DNA of 64,000 nucleotides from Leucoraja erinacea (Eukaryota): the NCBI RefSeq assembly GCF_028641065.1, contig NC_073398.1:19716001-19780000 (forward strand). The letters are read 5' to 3'. Positions 34,436 to 46,277 of this stretch are shown piece after piece. The notes below the pieces were generated by a model. It was not told the origin of the DNA. It did not search any database and saw only the letters and a list, made by a program, of their open reading frames with translations. The translations under genes were made by a program, and so were the position numbers. Position 1 is the first letter of the stretch. Every line of letters begins with the position of its first letter.

Positions 34436-35175
34436 CAAAGTCCAATGTCTGTATTGAGTAACTCTAGCACTTTGTGTCTTTCCAATGTCATTACTCTTGG
34501 CCAGTATCCGAATAAACAGGAACTCTTTAACATATTATAGTTGGATTATTTTTAAATTGTTGGGCATTGGGAATAAGTGTAATTATGCGGCAGTGCCTTC
34601 TATATTATTGAACTTTTCGTTAGCATTTGTCCCTGTCCACACTGCACCTATTTGGTTTGCATATAATGCGATGATTCACAATTGATTCATCTGTAATTGG
34701 AGATTGATGCAAAGATCCTCTGGATGGAAGGGTTGGCTCATTTGCGTAGGAACCTGACTTGTAAACGTGTGCTGTCAATAATGCAGTATTGGTATATTGC
34801 CAGTCAGTTCCTCGTCTAATAGAAATGCCTGCATATAATTGCACCAGAAAGATGACTGTGTTTGTAGACTTAAGCTTTAACCTTTATCTTTAGAACACAT
34901 TAAGCTGCAATAGTTTAAGATGCAGGCATACAATATTTGCACAAGAATATTGTGGACTCTTTAAGCAAACCAGAAAAAAAAAAGTGAGTTAACAAAGTAG
35001 TATTCAAATAGCCACACCCTGTATTACTCATCCATCCTGGTTCCCAGGATTCTAAATGAGTTGGTGTCCTCCAGCATTTGCTGCAGTTGTTTAAATTCAT
35101 CTATTGCTCACCCTACTTTCCAATGACATTAACTTGCAAACAATGTATAAAAAGACTTAAATACTTTTCAGCTGC

Positions 35176-36895
35176 TTTCTTCTTCTTCTTCTTGCGTTTG
35201 AGGCAGCAGAGGTTATGTAACGCCCTCCACGTGCTGTAGCCAGTTCAATGTGCTGTTGTCAAGGGCCGTGGGGTCTACCCCTCCACCAGGGGGCGGAGGA
35301 CAGCACAGTCAAAAATGAAGCGCTGCGCTGTTTGCTGGTCTGCTCCACACACGAAGGCTGGCTGATGAACGCAGCCCCCAGCGATGCATGTTGGCGTTGA
35401 ACCAGCCGACCCCTTTGCAGAGCCGGTTTAGGGCGACCCATTCTTTGCGGGGCAGGTCCGAGCCAGGTGGGGCTGTGGTGTTCGGTGCAACAGTGAATTG
35501 CGGAGGTCATGAAGCCTGTACCCAGCTGGTTCTCCATGCTCCTAGTGTGTTGAAACCGGAGCCACAGTGGGTCGCTGCGTGACGGGAGAAGGGGTGATGA
35601 AATGACAGGCGTTGATGTCCCAGTTGCTGTGAGTCCTTGGCAAAGTGGTGCAGGGGATGTTTGGCGTCTGATGGAGGCTTGCACACCAGCCTGTGAGTGA
35701 AGTACTCTCTGCAAAGCTTGGCGGGTGCGATACCAGCTTGCACCAGCAGAAGATCCGTCGGAGAAGGATGTAGGCAGCCGATGATGATCCACATGGTGTC
35801 GTTGAAGATGACGTCTAGCTTGTTTGTATGAGCGCTGTGGCACCATGTTGGGGCGGCGTACCTGGCGGCAATGTACACGAGTGCAAGAGCACTGGTTCGG
35901 AGAGGAGATGTCCTGGCGCCCCATGATAATCCAATCAAGCAACGCAGGAGGTTGTTCCGTGCCAAGACCTTAGCACGGAGAGCTTCAAGGTGTTGCTTGT
36001 AGGTCAGCTGCCGATCTTGTTACACCCCGATGTATGTAGGAAATGGTTTAAAGGGTAGGGGTGACCCATTGAGGGTGACGATTAGCTGGCATTGATATTC
36101 CTTGTTGTTCAGGTGAAAGGTCGTTGTGGTGGTTTTTGCCACAGTCAGTTTTAGTCTCAAAGTCAAAGTCAATTTTATTCGTCACATACACCCGAAGGTT
36201 CAGTGAAATTAATTTGCCAGCAGCGGTACAATTAAAATGAACACACAATACACAATAAGATTTAACACAAACATCCACCTCAGCATTCTTCACTCCTTGT
36301 TCCCCCGTGGTCAGGGCCATGGGCTCGAACACACTCTCCGTGGCTTGGAGGTCCCGAACGCCACGTTCTTACCAGAGATTGCGGCTTCAGGATGTTATAG
36401 GCCGCAGGCTGGCGGTCGGAGCTCTTCTCTGGTGGGGGACCCCAGGCTCCGGACGGTAATTCCACGCCGCGGCCGTTGCTGGAAGCTCCGCACACCGCGG
36501 CTTCAGGATGTAACAGTCTGCGGGCCAGCGATCAGAGCACTCCCTTCTGGTGACCCCCGGCAAGGGCTCGCCCGCTCCACGATGAAAAGTCCACGTAGCG
36601 CCCGCTGCTGAAGCTCCGAGCCCGACTGCGGGAAAGGCCGCTCCGATCCATGCTGTTAGGCCGCGAGGGAGGCGACATGGAAAACATCGCCTCTCCATCG
36701 AGGAAGCGACCACAAGCAGTTCCCTCCCCTTTCCCACCCTCACCATCCCCCACACAAGACACACCGAGAGACCCTAAAACAAACATTTGGACTTAAGGTA
36801 ACCAGGTCTTAAGGTAACCTGCGACGAGTTCTATGCCAGCCAAGAGCAACATCCTCCACGTTTGACCAACTCCTGTCCGAATGCAGTATAATGCA
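35176..36895 (-). mobile_element. Vingi/Ingi-clade LINE 3' portion, interrupted at about 36158-36803
   Basis: ARNNLLRCLIGLSWGA..LRTSALALVY.AARYAAP.W..SAHT.KLDV; GYLKTW|RLKLTVAKT continuous across the insertion; (GAA)n 3' tail. Confidence 0.8.
36158..36790 (-). mobile_element. GC-rich non-autonomous retroposon with (GACTTT)n tail
   Basis: Reverse complement has gctgaggtggatgtttgtgtt and aatttcactgaaccttcgggtgtatgtgacgaataaa. Confidence 0.65.
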
Positions 36896-37127
36896 TATCA
36901 GCTGCTATAATGCTAAGATATGCTAATGGATATAAGCAAGTATTTGCAACTGTAGGAAGCTGGTTTTGTGGAATTCTTTATACACTGTGAACGTCTCCAT
37001 TCCGTGGCATAGAATGGTCGAATGTAGGGGGTGTTTCTGCAATTCCACTTCACCAGCAGCAAAACCAAATGCATTGGGTGTGTGCCCCAGAGACGGGTGA
37101 TGTTCCATGGTATCCTACTTTTGCCTA

Positions 37128-37330
37128 TAATCCCTACACAAGGGCAATATACAGAGGCTAATTAACCGACAAAACGACCAGAGCGTCCTGTGGGCGGAAA
37201 CCGGAGCATTGGGAGGAAACCCACGTGGTCACAGGGAGAACGAGCAAACTCCACACTGACAGCACCCGAGGTCAGGATTAAACCCAGGTCTCTGGCGCTG
37301 TGTCACTATCAGCTGCGCCATTGTGCTCTC
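37128..37330 (-). mobile_element. HE1-type SINE, degenerate
   Basis: aaacccacgtggtcacagggagaacgagcaaactccacac...aacccaggtctctggcgctgtg. Confidence 0.75.
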
Positions 37331-37729
37331 CTGTTTCAGGTCAGGACCCTTCTTCAGACTGACTTATTCCTTCGGACTTCTTTCCGATAAAATGAAATGA
37401 AAATTAGTTGTAGTTTAAAACATCACAAGCATCTGTTTCATGATCTAGAACAAGACAAATATCTTGCTCTGTTTGTATGTGCCCTACATTCCAATGCTTG
37501 GAGCATGAAATATAGTTCTTGAAATAAAACAGCTACCGAATCAATAGTTTTCTTTATTTACTTCAGACCTTAAGGCCTTTTAAAATAAAAAGTTTAGTAA
37601 TATCACGCTAACACTTGGCCCTACTACAAATTTCAAGAAAAATGCACCAAATTTCGAAGCGTGGCATATAATATGTAGCATTTGTTTATTTGAAAACTTA
37701 ATTGAACTTAACAGACATGTGGCACTTTA

Positions 37730-37955
37730 AGGGCCTGTCCCACTTCGCCATCATTTGTGCGTAATTTACGCGACATCATTTACGCATCACGATGCACACC
37801 GCGTGCATCGTGACACGCACGTGATGTGCGCATGGTGCGTGATGACATAGGCAGTGAAGCGCGGCCGTACATGGCGTCGCAGGATTTTGTAATGTACAAC
37901 ATTTTTGTGCGCAATCTGCATGACATGCAAATGACGGCCAAGTGGGACAGGCCCT
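37730..37955. mobile_element. PIF/Harbinger-like MITE
   Basis: TIR agggcctgtcccactt / aagtgggacaggccct; TTA on both flanks; largely palindromic interior. Confidence 0.88.
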
Positions 37956-38999
37956 TTAGAGTTACAACTTTGAAAATAATGCCCTGATGTGACCTTCAGT
38001 TGCACACAAAAGACAACAGCGCCATGTCACCGAAAAAAAGTAGCTACAAATAAGAATGAGATTGAAGTCATAAATCAAAGTACATTTAGCAATGAACTAC
38101 TTCTGCATAGAACATTGTGCTCCCTGCACTGCTGAGAGAAGGAGAAGCTGTATGTTAAGGCTGAATAACGTGGAAGATAAATTTAAATCACTCGGGACAT
38201 CGAGCAATTTTGGAGAACTTTTCCTCGGGCGATTAATCGTGCAGTTTAGCACATGATAGAGGAGAATGCATGTGACTGGCAATAATTAAAATCAGTTTCT
38301 CTTCATTCCTACGTTTACATTTTTAACTTTTTTTTCTGGATTAAAAATTCCAGTTTTGATAAGACAATAGAATTCCTACTGTTTTCACTTTAATATCATG
38401 TATGAGATGCATGGACATCTTATCTGAATTTCAGTTTGCAGGCTGGGTGTCAACTTTTATGTTAAGATTGCACAAAAGTTGTTTCATCAATATTCCCAGG
38501 ATTAGGGAGTATTAGATACAATGACATTGAGTAGGCTTGGATTGGTTTCTTGGAATGTCGGAGGTTGTTGGGAGATCTAATAGAATATCTATATAACTAA
38601 AAGTATCATCTTGACCACTTCCCATCTGTGCTGCATATTGATTTTAGGAAAAACGCTACCATATATCGCTATGATTTTTGGCCATCTTACTCACAGTGAG
38701 GCAGCCCCGAGGATTTTTCAGATCAATAAAAAATAAAAAAGTTATGAGTGTTTAAAAAATCTTGAGATCAGCTGATTGGTCCTCTCGCCTGTCAATCACC
38801 ATGATGAAGGTAACGCCCCTTCCAGTGGGGCAGGACTTTAAAACCCCGGATGTCTAGACATGAGTCAGTCACTCTGGAAGATCGCAACGGAGAGTCCACA
38901 ACTGTGATTCTAAGCTGTGAATCAACTGAAATGTGAGTCTGCAATGTACTTGCAATAAATGATTTGTTAGCCCTTAATAACAATGCAATGAGTTGTTTG

Positions 39000-39632
39000 A
39001 CAATTTGGTGGCCTGCATTCTGCTCAAAATGCTATAAAATTTAATTTGGTTCCCTGCATTCTGCTTGAAATGCTATGAAATTGAATTTGATGGCCTGCAC
39101 TGGGCACAAAATGCTATGAAATTGAATTTGGTGGCCTGCACTCTGCTCGAAATGCTATGAAATTAAATTTGGTGGCCTGCACTCTGCTAGAAATGCTATG
39201 AAATTGAATTTGGTGGCCTGCACTCTACTCGAATTTGGTGGCCTGCACTCTACTCGAAATGCTATGAAATTGAATTTGGTGGCCTGCACTCTGCTCGAAA
39301 TGCTATGAAATTAAATTTGGTGGCCTGCACTCTGCTAGAAATGCTATGAAATTGAATTTGGTGGCCTGCACTCTGCTCGAAATGCTATGAAATTGAATTT
39401 GGTGGCCTGCACTCTGCGCAAAATTCTATGTAATTGAATTTAGTGGCCTGCGCTCTGCTCGAAATGCAATTAAATTGAATTTGGTGGCCTGCGCCCTGCT
39501 CGAAATGCAATTAAATTGTATTTGGTGGCCTGCACTCTGTTCAAAATGCTATGAAATTCAATTTGGTGGCCTGCACTCTGCTCAAAATGCTATGAAATTG
39601 AATTTGGTGGCCTGCAATCTGCTTGAAATGGA
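39000..39632. repeat. 41-bp minisatellite, about 15 copies, inside the Helitron
   Basis: aaatgctatgaaattgaatttggtggcctgcactctgctcg; period 41. Confidence 0.95.
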
Positions 39633-39647
39633 ATTTCAACGAATAGC

Positions 39648-39790
39648 CGTGAGTGAACTGTCAGCCCACCAGCCCTGAGTGACTGAGCTGCCAGCCCACA
39701 AGGTCTGAGGGACTGAGCTGCCAACCTACCAGGCTTGAGTGACTGAGTTGCCAGCCCACCAGGCCTGAGTGACTGAGATGCCAGCCCAAG
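39648..39790. repeat. ~30-bp minisatellite, 4-5 copies, inside the Helitron
   Basis: gagtgactgagctgccagcccaccaggcct repeated; 2-3 copies at 10595-10670. Confidence 0.85.
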
Positions 39791-40063
39791 AATCCATTCG
39801 GCCCACAATGTCCATACTAGCCCACTTTAAACCACTCCTTTCAGCCCACAATACTCATACTAGCGCTCCAGAAAGCCCCCCCCCCCACCCACCCAGTGGC
39901 CATCAATATTGGAATTGGTGGAGAGGTGGAATATTGTGTTGGGGGGCCAGCCCTCCCGTTTGAACATGGGACCCAACGGGTCCCACTAAGTCTAGTATAA
40001 AATGATGCAAGGCATAAATATGGTAGACACAGAAAACGTTTATCCAGGATGGAAAAATCAATA

Positions 40064-40105
<42 letters not shown>

Positions 40106-40600
40106 CACACACACACACACACACACCACACGGCAGCACATACACACAACACTCTCCAACATGCGAGGGGGGGGGGGGGGGGGGGTGCCTGCGGCATCAC
40201 ACACACACTAACCACCCCCACACACACACTAACCATCCCCTTGGATATTATATTAATATTATTAATTGGCTCCTTTTACCCCATATCCGCGCTATCCACA
40301 GATGCCTAGCACCCAACTAGCAGGCGCATCTATGAGGGAGGGGGGTAGAGAGTGAGGGCAGAGAGAGAGGGGCAGACAGAGAGAGAGGGAGAGGGGGGGT
40401 GGGGGGGGGAGAGAGGGGGGAAGAAGGGAAGGGAGGGTGGGGAGGGGGGAGGTGAGTGGTGAAGGGAGGGGGTGAGGTGAGGGGGGAAGGGAGAGGGTGG
40501 GGGAATCAGAGAGGGAGGACTGGAGGGGAGGGGGTGAGGGGGTGGGGGTGAGGGGGAGGGAAGGGGGAAGGGGGGATGGGGGGAGAGAGGAGGGGAGCGG
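40064..40600. repeat. (CA)n microsatellite, poly-G and G/A-rich low-complexity tract
   Basis: Seen directly. Confidence 0.9.
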
Positions 40601-40765
40601 GGCGGCAACTCGGTTTTATTTGCAAAGACATTTCTGATTCTTGAACATTTTGATTAATAACCCAAGAAATAATGCACGATATTTGCAGGTACGCTGATTT
40701 CGGACTCCAGGGGGTAAATCTCCACCAGAATATGTGAAAATGTTCCCATTCGTGCGTCTTTTTTT

Positions 40766-41008
40766 NNNNNNNNNNNNNNNNNNNNNNNNNNNNNNNNNNN
40801 NNNNNNNNNNNNNNNNNNNNNNNNNNNNNNNNNNNNNNNNNNNNNNNNNNNNNNNNNNNNNNNNNNNNNNNNNNNNNNNNNNNNNNNNNNNNNNNNNNNN
40901 NNNNNNNNNNNNNNNNNNNNNNNNNNNNNNNNNNNNNNNNNNNNNNNNNNNNNNNNNNNNNNNNNNNNNNNNNNNNNNNNNNNNNNNNNNNNNNNNNNNN
41001 NNNNNNNN
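40766..41008. other. Assembly gap (N run)
   Basis: 243 N. Confidence 1.
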
Positions 41009-41424
41009 TAGTTATATAAGGAAAAGGATAAAGTTATTCTGGGTTTAAGTGGGAGCTTTTATAGTGTGCCACACAAAACGAAGCCTTGGCTTAAATGCTC
41101 CTTCTCAAACTTTTCTTACTGCTTAAAATTAGTGCTGAATGTTGATAATTTTCTTGGAATAATTTGAAATTGACTCGGGTTTCTCCTAGTGATCTTTTCC
41201 CGTTTATTGCAGAAAGAATATAGCTTGCAAAACAAATAGAAATCAGTTTTTTGGGGGAATTATTAATTTTGCAGTATCGTTTTGGAGATTGGTGTGTGCA
41301 ACAATGTTTGAATTCTCTTAAAATATATTTCAACTATAAAACTGGTTATCTCATTGAAATAACAAAATTGACATAAAAATCAGTGTTCATTTAGCAATGT
41401 GCAGTACTTAAACTGGCTTCAATG

Positions 41425-41695
41425 ACAAAGAATTGCATTTATATTATACTATATTTCAAGGCTCTTTCATGGCTTTACAATCAATTAAGTACTTGAAGCA
41501 TGACTACTGTTGTGATGCAATGGCAATTTCAGTAGAGCACCAAGTCAGGGAGAGTGGGGTGATGATGTCCAGATCAGCTATGAAGTAATGTTGGTTGAGA
41601 TTCTGTGGTGATCCTCATTGTCCCCCTTGAAAATAGTAGCATTGTATCCACAGCCATTTGAGAACAGAGATAGGAGCTTGCTTCAACGTCTCCAT
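41425..41695 (-). mobile_element. Ancient DeuSINE (AmnSINE1/SacSINE1-like) remnant
   Basis: aaagaattgcatttatat...ctttacaatcaattaagtactt..., and gaaaatagtagcat...cttcaacgtctc, resembling the Deu domain and tail from memory of the consensus. Confidence 0.5.
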
Positions 41696-43659
41696 ATTAA
41701 AGCTTGTACTTTGAAAGGTTTATTCAAACAATATAGAACATAAAACAGCACAGCACAGATACAGACACTTTGCCCACAATCTATGTGCTGGACAAGATGC
41801 AGCCCTACAGAAATCTTTGACCCAGGAATTTCTGCTTTCCTTTTCGAATAAATAACCATTTTTGGTTTTTAATTTAACGTTAACCCTTGCCAAAAAGCTA
41901 TGGTGTTATTCAGCTTGGCTACTCTGGCAGCTGCTTCAAAACCCATGGGCCTGACCATGAAGAAAGATTGAGTGCTTCAATGTGCACAGGTGCACCACCA
42001 CCTGCAGGTTCTCTACAAGCCACACACCATGATGACTTGGGAATGTATCACTGCTCCCTCATTGTCTCTGAGTGTAAATATTGCAATGGCCTTTCCAGTA
42101 GCTTTGCCTGAATGCCTTCAACTGAAGAACTGCTGCAATTCATACAGGTCGCTCATGAACACCATTTCGCCAATAAATGCTGTAATGTGCCATTTGGGCC
42201 ACCTTCTGAAAATTGAACAGTAAAAGTTTAAAAATGGAAACAAAATGCTGGAGTAACTCAGTGGGTCATGCAGAATATCTGGAGAGATTGAATAGGTGAC
42301 ATTTCAGGTCAGGACCATTCTGCCTGACCTGCTGAGTTATACTGAAATTTTGTGTCTATCTTTGGCATAAACCAGCATCCACAGTTCCTTTTTATTACAT
42401 TTAGTGAAAGTTTGAACCTGGTTCAACCATTCTTTCAAGTAGTAATCTCTCAATCATTCTCTTCCTTCATGGTGATCTCATCCATCTGTTCTCTCCAATA
42501 CCCAACCCTCTCTGCTAGTCACCTCTTCTGTGCCTCAGCATTGTCCTCCACAACTGCCAAGAGTATCACGTGAGTTGCACAGTAGCTGCCCCAGTGAGGT
42601 ACGCTCATTCCTGACCTGGGATGCTGTCTGTGTGGAGTACGCGTGACCAATGACCTGTGCGTTGGTAGGTTAATAGGCCACTGTAAATTGTTCTTAGCGT
42701 GTAGGTAAGTGACAAAATCTGGGTGGAATGCAGGGTAATATGGGGACAATTTTGAAAATGGGATTAACACGGAAAGAATGTTTATCCCCATATTCTCTTC
42801 TCCCCCATCACTGCTATCCCCCCCCCCCCCCCCTCACCACCATTCACCATCCTGCAACCTCACACATTGTTGTCCATCTCCCACAACACAACCTACATCC
42901 CTCCTGGATTGTTCCTCCTCAGTGGACCTCCTGATCTGACCTACTTGGATGATGAATAAATGCATGAATAAGTTTATTGGTCAAGTATGTACACATACAA
43001 AGAATTTGCCTTGGTGCTCCATTCGCAAGTAACAACACGACACACAGTAACAATTAAGAATGACACATAAAAGATTAAACATTAATCATTAATTCTAGCC
43101 AACAGCTGGATAAGAATCGGGAAAAAAAAAACTAATCGTTGTCTTGTTGTTAAATCCAACAGTGTATGTGCATGTATCCGTTTGAGACCCATATTACTGG
43201 ATTATCTACAATGATTTGCTGATATAAAGCTGGTGTCACTTATTCTCTTGAAAACCATCCTCTATTAGGGAATCATACTCTATTCTTCCTCATTAGTTGA
43301 AATCCAAGACCTCAAGGTTAAAAAATAGCAGATTAGCCCAATGAACTATAAAGGTGTTTGCTTCTGACAAGGTTACGAGATTGTAATGGCATTTTTGGCA
43401 TTCGATGAAGACTGAAATCAATTTGAGTTTCACAATTGTTCTTAATGTCACCATATTATTTTAGGGTTGAATTTCCAATGATATATTTTCAATTGTTCCC
43501 TCTACTCATCCCGTTTCACTCTGGAACTTCCCAAGGAGTTTTTGCTATTGTTAATGTTCATCCCCTTTACTGGGGGAATTTTACTGGCTTTTACACCTTT
43601 CTGTAGTTCAAGAACAACTTGTTTTGATGTCAACTGTCACTCAGTTCACAATGCATGTG

Positions 43660-43948
43660 GTTAGAAACATAGAAGCATAGAAAATAGGTGCAGGAGTAGG
43701 CCATTCGGCCCTTTGAGCCAGCACTGTCATTCAATATGATCATGGCTGATCATCCAAAGTCAGTACCCCCTTACTGCTTTCTCCCCATATGTTGATTCCT
43801 TTAGCCCTAAGAGCTATATCTAACTCTATCCTGAAAACACCCAGTGAATTGGCCTCCTCTGCCTTCTGTGGCAGAGAATTTCACAGATTCACAACTCTCT
43901 GGTGAAAAAGTTTTTCCACATCTCAGTCCTAAATGGCCTACCCATTCT
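43660..43948 (-). mobile_element. CR1/HER1 LINE 3' end
   Basis: Reverse complement has ttttcaccagagagttgtgaatctgtgaaattctctgccacagaaggc (FTRVVNL.NSLP-type) and a (tttctatg) tail. Confidence 0.88.
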
Positions 43949-44109
43949 GAGAGACCTAAGGCCGTAGTTTCAAGGCCAAGTCCCGAGTGTGGGTGACATA
44001 TTGCTGCATCCCAGCAGCAGCTAACAAATGTTTTCTCTTTCCTCTTTCCTCTTAGAAAGGTGTAAAACATCCAGGAGCACTACTTTGAAGATGAACCAAA
44101 AACCTACCT

Positions 44110-44508
44110 TGAGTGCTTTTGTCCGCAAGGCCAGCAGCATAATCAAGGACGAGTCTCACCCTTGGCCACTCCGTCTTCACCTCTCACCCATCAGGCAAAA
44201 GGTATAGAAGTGTGAAAACACACACCTCCAGATTCAGGAACAGTTTCTTCCCAGCTGTTATCAGGCTGCAGAAACATCTTACCGCAACCCGAGAGCAGTC
44301 CTGAACTACTATCTACCTCATTGGTGACCTTCGCACTATCTTTGATCAGACTTTGCTGGCTTTACCTTGCACAAACATTATTCCCTTATCATGTATCTAT
44401 ACATTGTAAATGGCTTGATTGTAATCATGTATTGTCTTTTGCTGTCTGGTTAGCACGCAACAAAAACTTTTCACTGGACCTTGTGACAACAAACTGAACT
44501 GAAACTGA
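44110..44508 (+). mobile_element. Rex1/Babar LINE 3' end
   Basis: KASSIIKDESHP..., PSGKRYRSVKTHTSRFRNSFFPAVIRL; (aactg)n tail. Confidence 0.85.
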
Positions 44509-44564
44509 GAGCAATTGATCCCACAACTAGCATCCCTGAAGTCAAACTACCTCATTATTATCAT

Positions 44565-44716
44565 ATTGCTCTTTCAGAGAGTTGGAATTGTGGCTTCACT
44601 TCTTACATTGAAATATTGACTACACTTCAAAAATGATTTCATTGGTTGTGAAAGTATTTTAGGATATCTGAAAGGACCATAAAACCGCCATATAAATACA
44701 AGACCTAATTTCTTTC
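44565..44716 (+). mobile_element. Ancient DeuSINE 3' tail remnant
   Basis: tgactacacttcaaaa.tga.ttcattggttgtgaagta.tttaggat...ccatataaatacaag. Confidence 0.55.
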
Positions 44717-44787
44717 AGTACAAAGGCCCTGTGGCTGTTCTTTACAGGAGCATTCAGAATCTGTATTGTGGGGTGAGTAATCAAATT

Positions 44788-45530
44788 GAGGCGGTGCAGT
44801 TGGTGAAGCCGTTGCCTTGCAGTGCCAGAGATCTGAGTTCTGCACTCTCTACCCGTGACCGTGTTAGTTTCCTCTGCGTGCTCTGGTTTTTCTGCTGCAT
44901 TCCAAAGTCGTGTGAATTGGTATGTTAGTTGGCTACTGTAAATTGATCCTAATGTGCAGAGGAATGGCGAAAACTGGAGAGAGTTGAGAAGGGAATGGGA
45001 AGAATAAATAATACGATGAGTGCAGGACCAGTGTAAAATGGGTGGTGCAGAATGAATGGGCCGGCTCAGTTTCAGTTTTAGTTTATTATCACGTCTACCA
45101 GGGTACAGTGAAAAGCTTTTGTTGCGGGCTAACCAGTCAGTGGAAAGACAAAAGTTATGATTACAATCGAGCCATTCACAGTGTACAGATACATGATAAG
45201 GGAATAACGTTTAGTGCAAGGTAAAGCCAGTAAAGTCTGAACAAAGATAGTCCAAGGATCCCCAATGAGGTAAATAGTAGTGTGTATGAAGGAACTGCAG
45301 ATGCTGGTTTGAACCAAAGATAGACATAAAATGCTGGAGTAACTCAGCGGGACAGGTAACATCTTTGGAGAGAAGGAATGGGTAAATTTCCGTGTCGAGA
45401 CCCTTCGTCAGACTTCTTCAGAGTCTTAGGAAGGGTCTCGACCTGAGGTAGCTAGTAGTTCAGGACTGCTCTCCAGTTGTAGTAAGATGGTTCCAATGAG
45501 CCTGTTTCAATGGTGTATCTCTCTATAACT
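44788..45530. mobile_element. Nest: old HE1-like SINE, then a Rex1 tail (minus), then a Penelope arm
   Basis: SINE head at 44790; Rex1 tail about 45068-45495; Penelope arm 45281-45443 flanked by the imperfect repeat tgaggta..tagtagt. Confidence 0.6.
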
Positions 45531-46145
45531 CTATTCATGATGTCCCTTGCTTTTCCCCCGTCATTCCATACTCCACCTTGACAGACAACACCTCAAGCTA
45601 TGTTTACACTGCATGCTCTCTCAGAGAAAGCAGCCAGCTCTAGTCCAAATTTGATGGAATCTCCCCATCTCTCCCACAGGCACACCACAGCTGCAGTGAG
45701 CTTTATTTACAGGATACACTGCAGAAGTTCTCAAGGCTTCTTTGACAACACCGTCCAAAACTGTTCCTTTTACATTTAGACAGACAAAACCAGAGTTTAA
45801 CTGTAGTGCAATCACTCTGAACTTCCCTTCATAGTCACACAAAATATTCTCCATTGCCCACAAGTACAGTAAATTTAGAGAATACCAACGAAATGCATTG
45901 ACAACGAAATACCTGACTCTCCAAAGACTCTCTCGCTCTAAGGACTACAACAGTTCGCTCGGAAAGCCGGCAGTAAGATTCCCACCGGCGTTAAATAATT
46001 GGGAGGACAGCAATCTAGTTAATTTCCAGTTAGATCCTCTTCAGAATCCTGTTTATGCACCTTGTTACCCTGAGTTTTTAGGTCAATTTGAGTTGCTCGT
46101 CCTTATAGATAATGATAGAGTGACTCACATTAGATGATTATTCAT

Positions 46146-46277
46146 AGATAGACACAAAATGCTGGAGGAACTCAGCAGGACAAGCAGCATCTCCAGATGC
46201 TGCCTGTACCGTTGAGTTACTCCAGCATTTTGTGTCTATCTTCGATTTAAACCAGCATCTGCAGTTCTTTCCTACTA
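46146..46277. mobile_element. Minimal Penelope-derived hairpin element with 14-bp TSD
   Basis: agatgattattcat at 46132-46145 and 46278-46291; about 47-bp arms meeting at gcatct-cc-agatgc. Confidence 0.85.

Larger units (their letters stand above)
38588..39995 (+). mobile_element. Complete non-autonomous Helitron
   Basis: A|TC 5' end; subterminal hairpin tgggaccc-aac-gggtccca (39967-39985); CTAG|T 3' end; no TSD; empty site reconstructs. Confidence 0.92.
38488..40055 (+). mobile_element. CR1 LINE fragment split by the Helitron
   Basis: Removing 38588-39995 joins ggagatctaatagaata|tataaaatgatgcaaggcataaat (GDLIE..K.M.GI-type motif). Confidence 0.75.

Noticed and set aside
39000-39790. CRISPR-like array
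   Set aside because: Tandem minisatellite without spacers, inside a Helitron in a vertebrate genome.
45900-46010. Promoter-like CpG patch (ggactacaac)
   Set aside because: Too short for a CpG island, incomplete motif match, and no associated exon.
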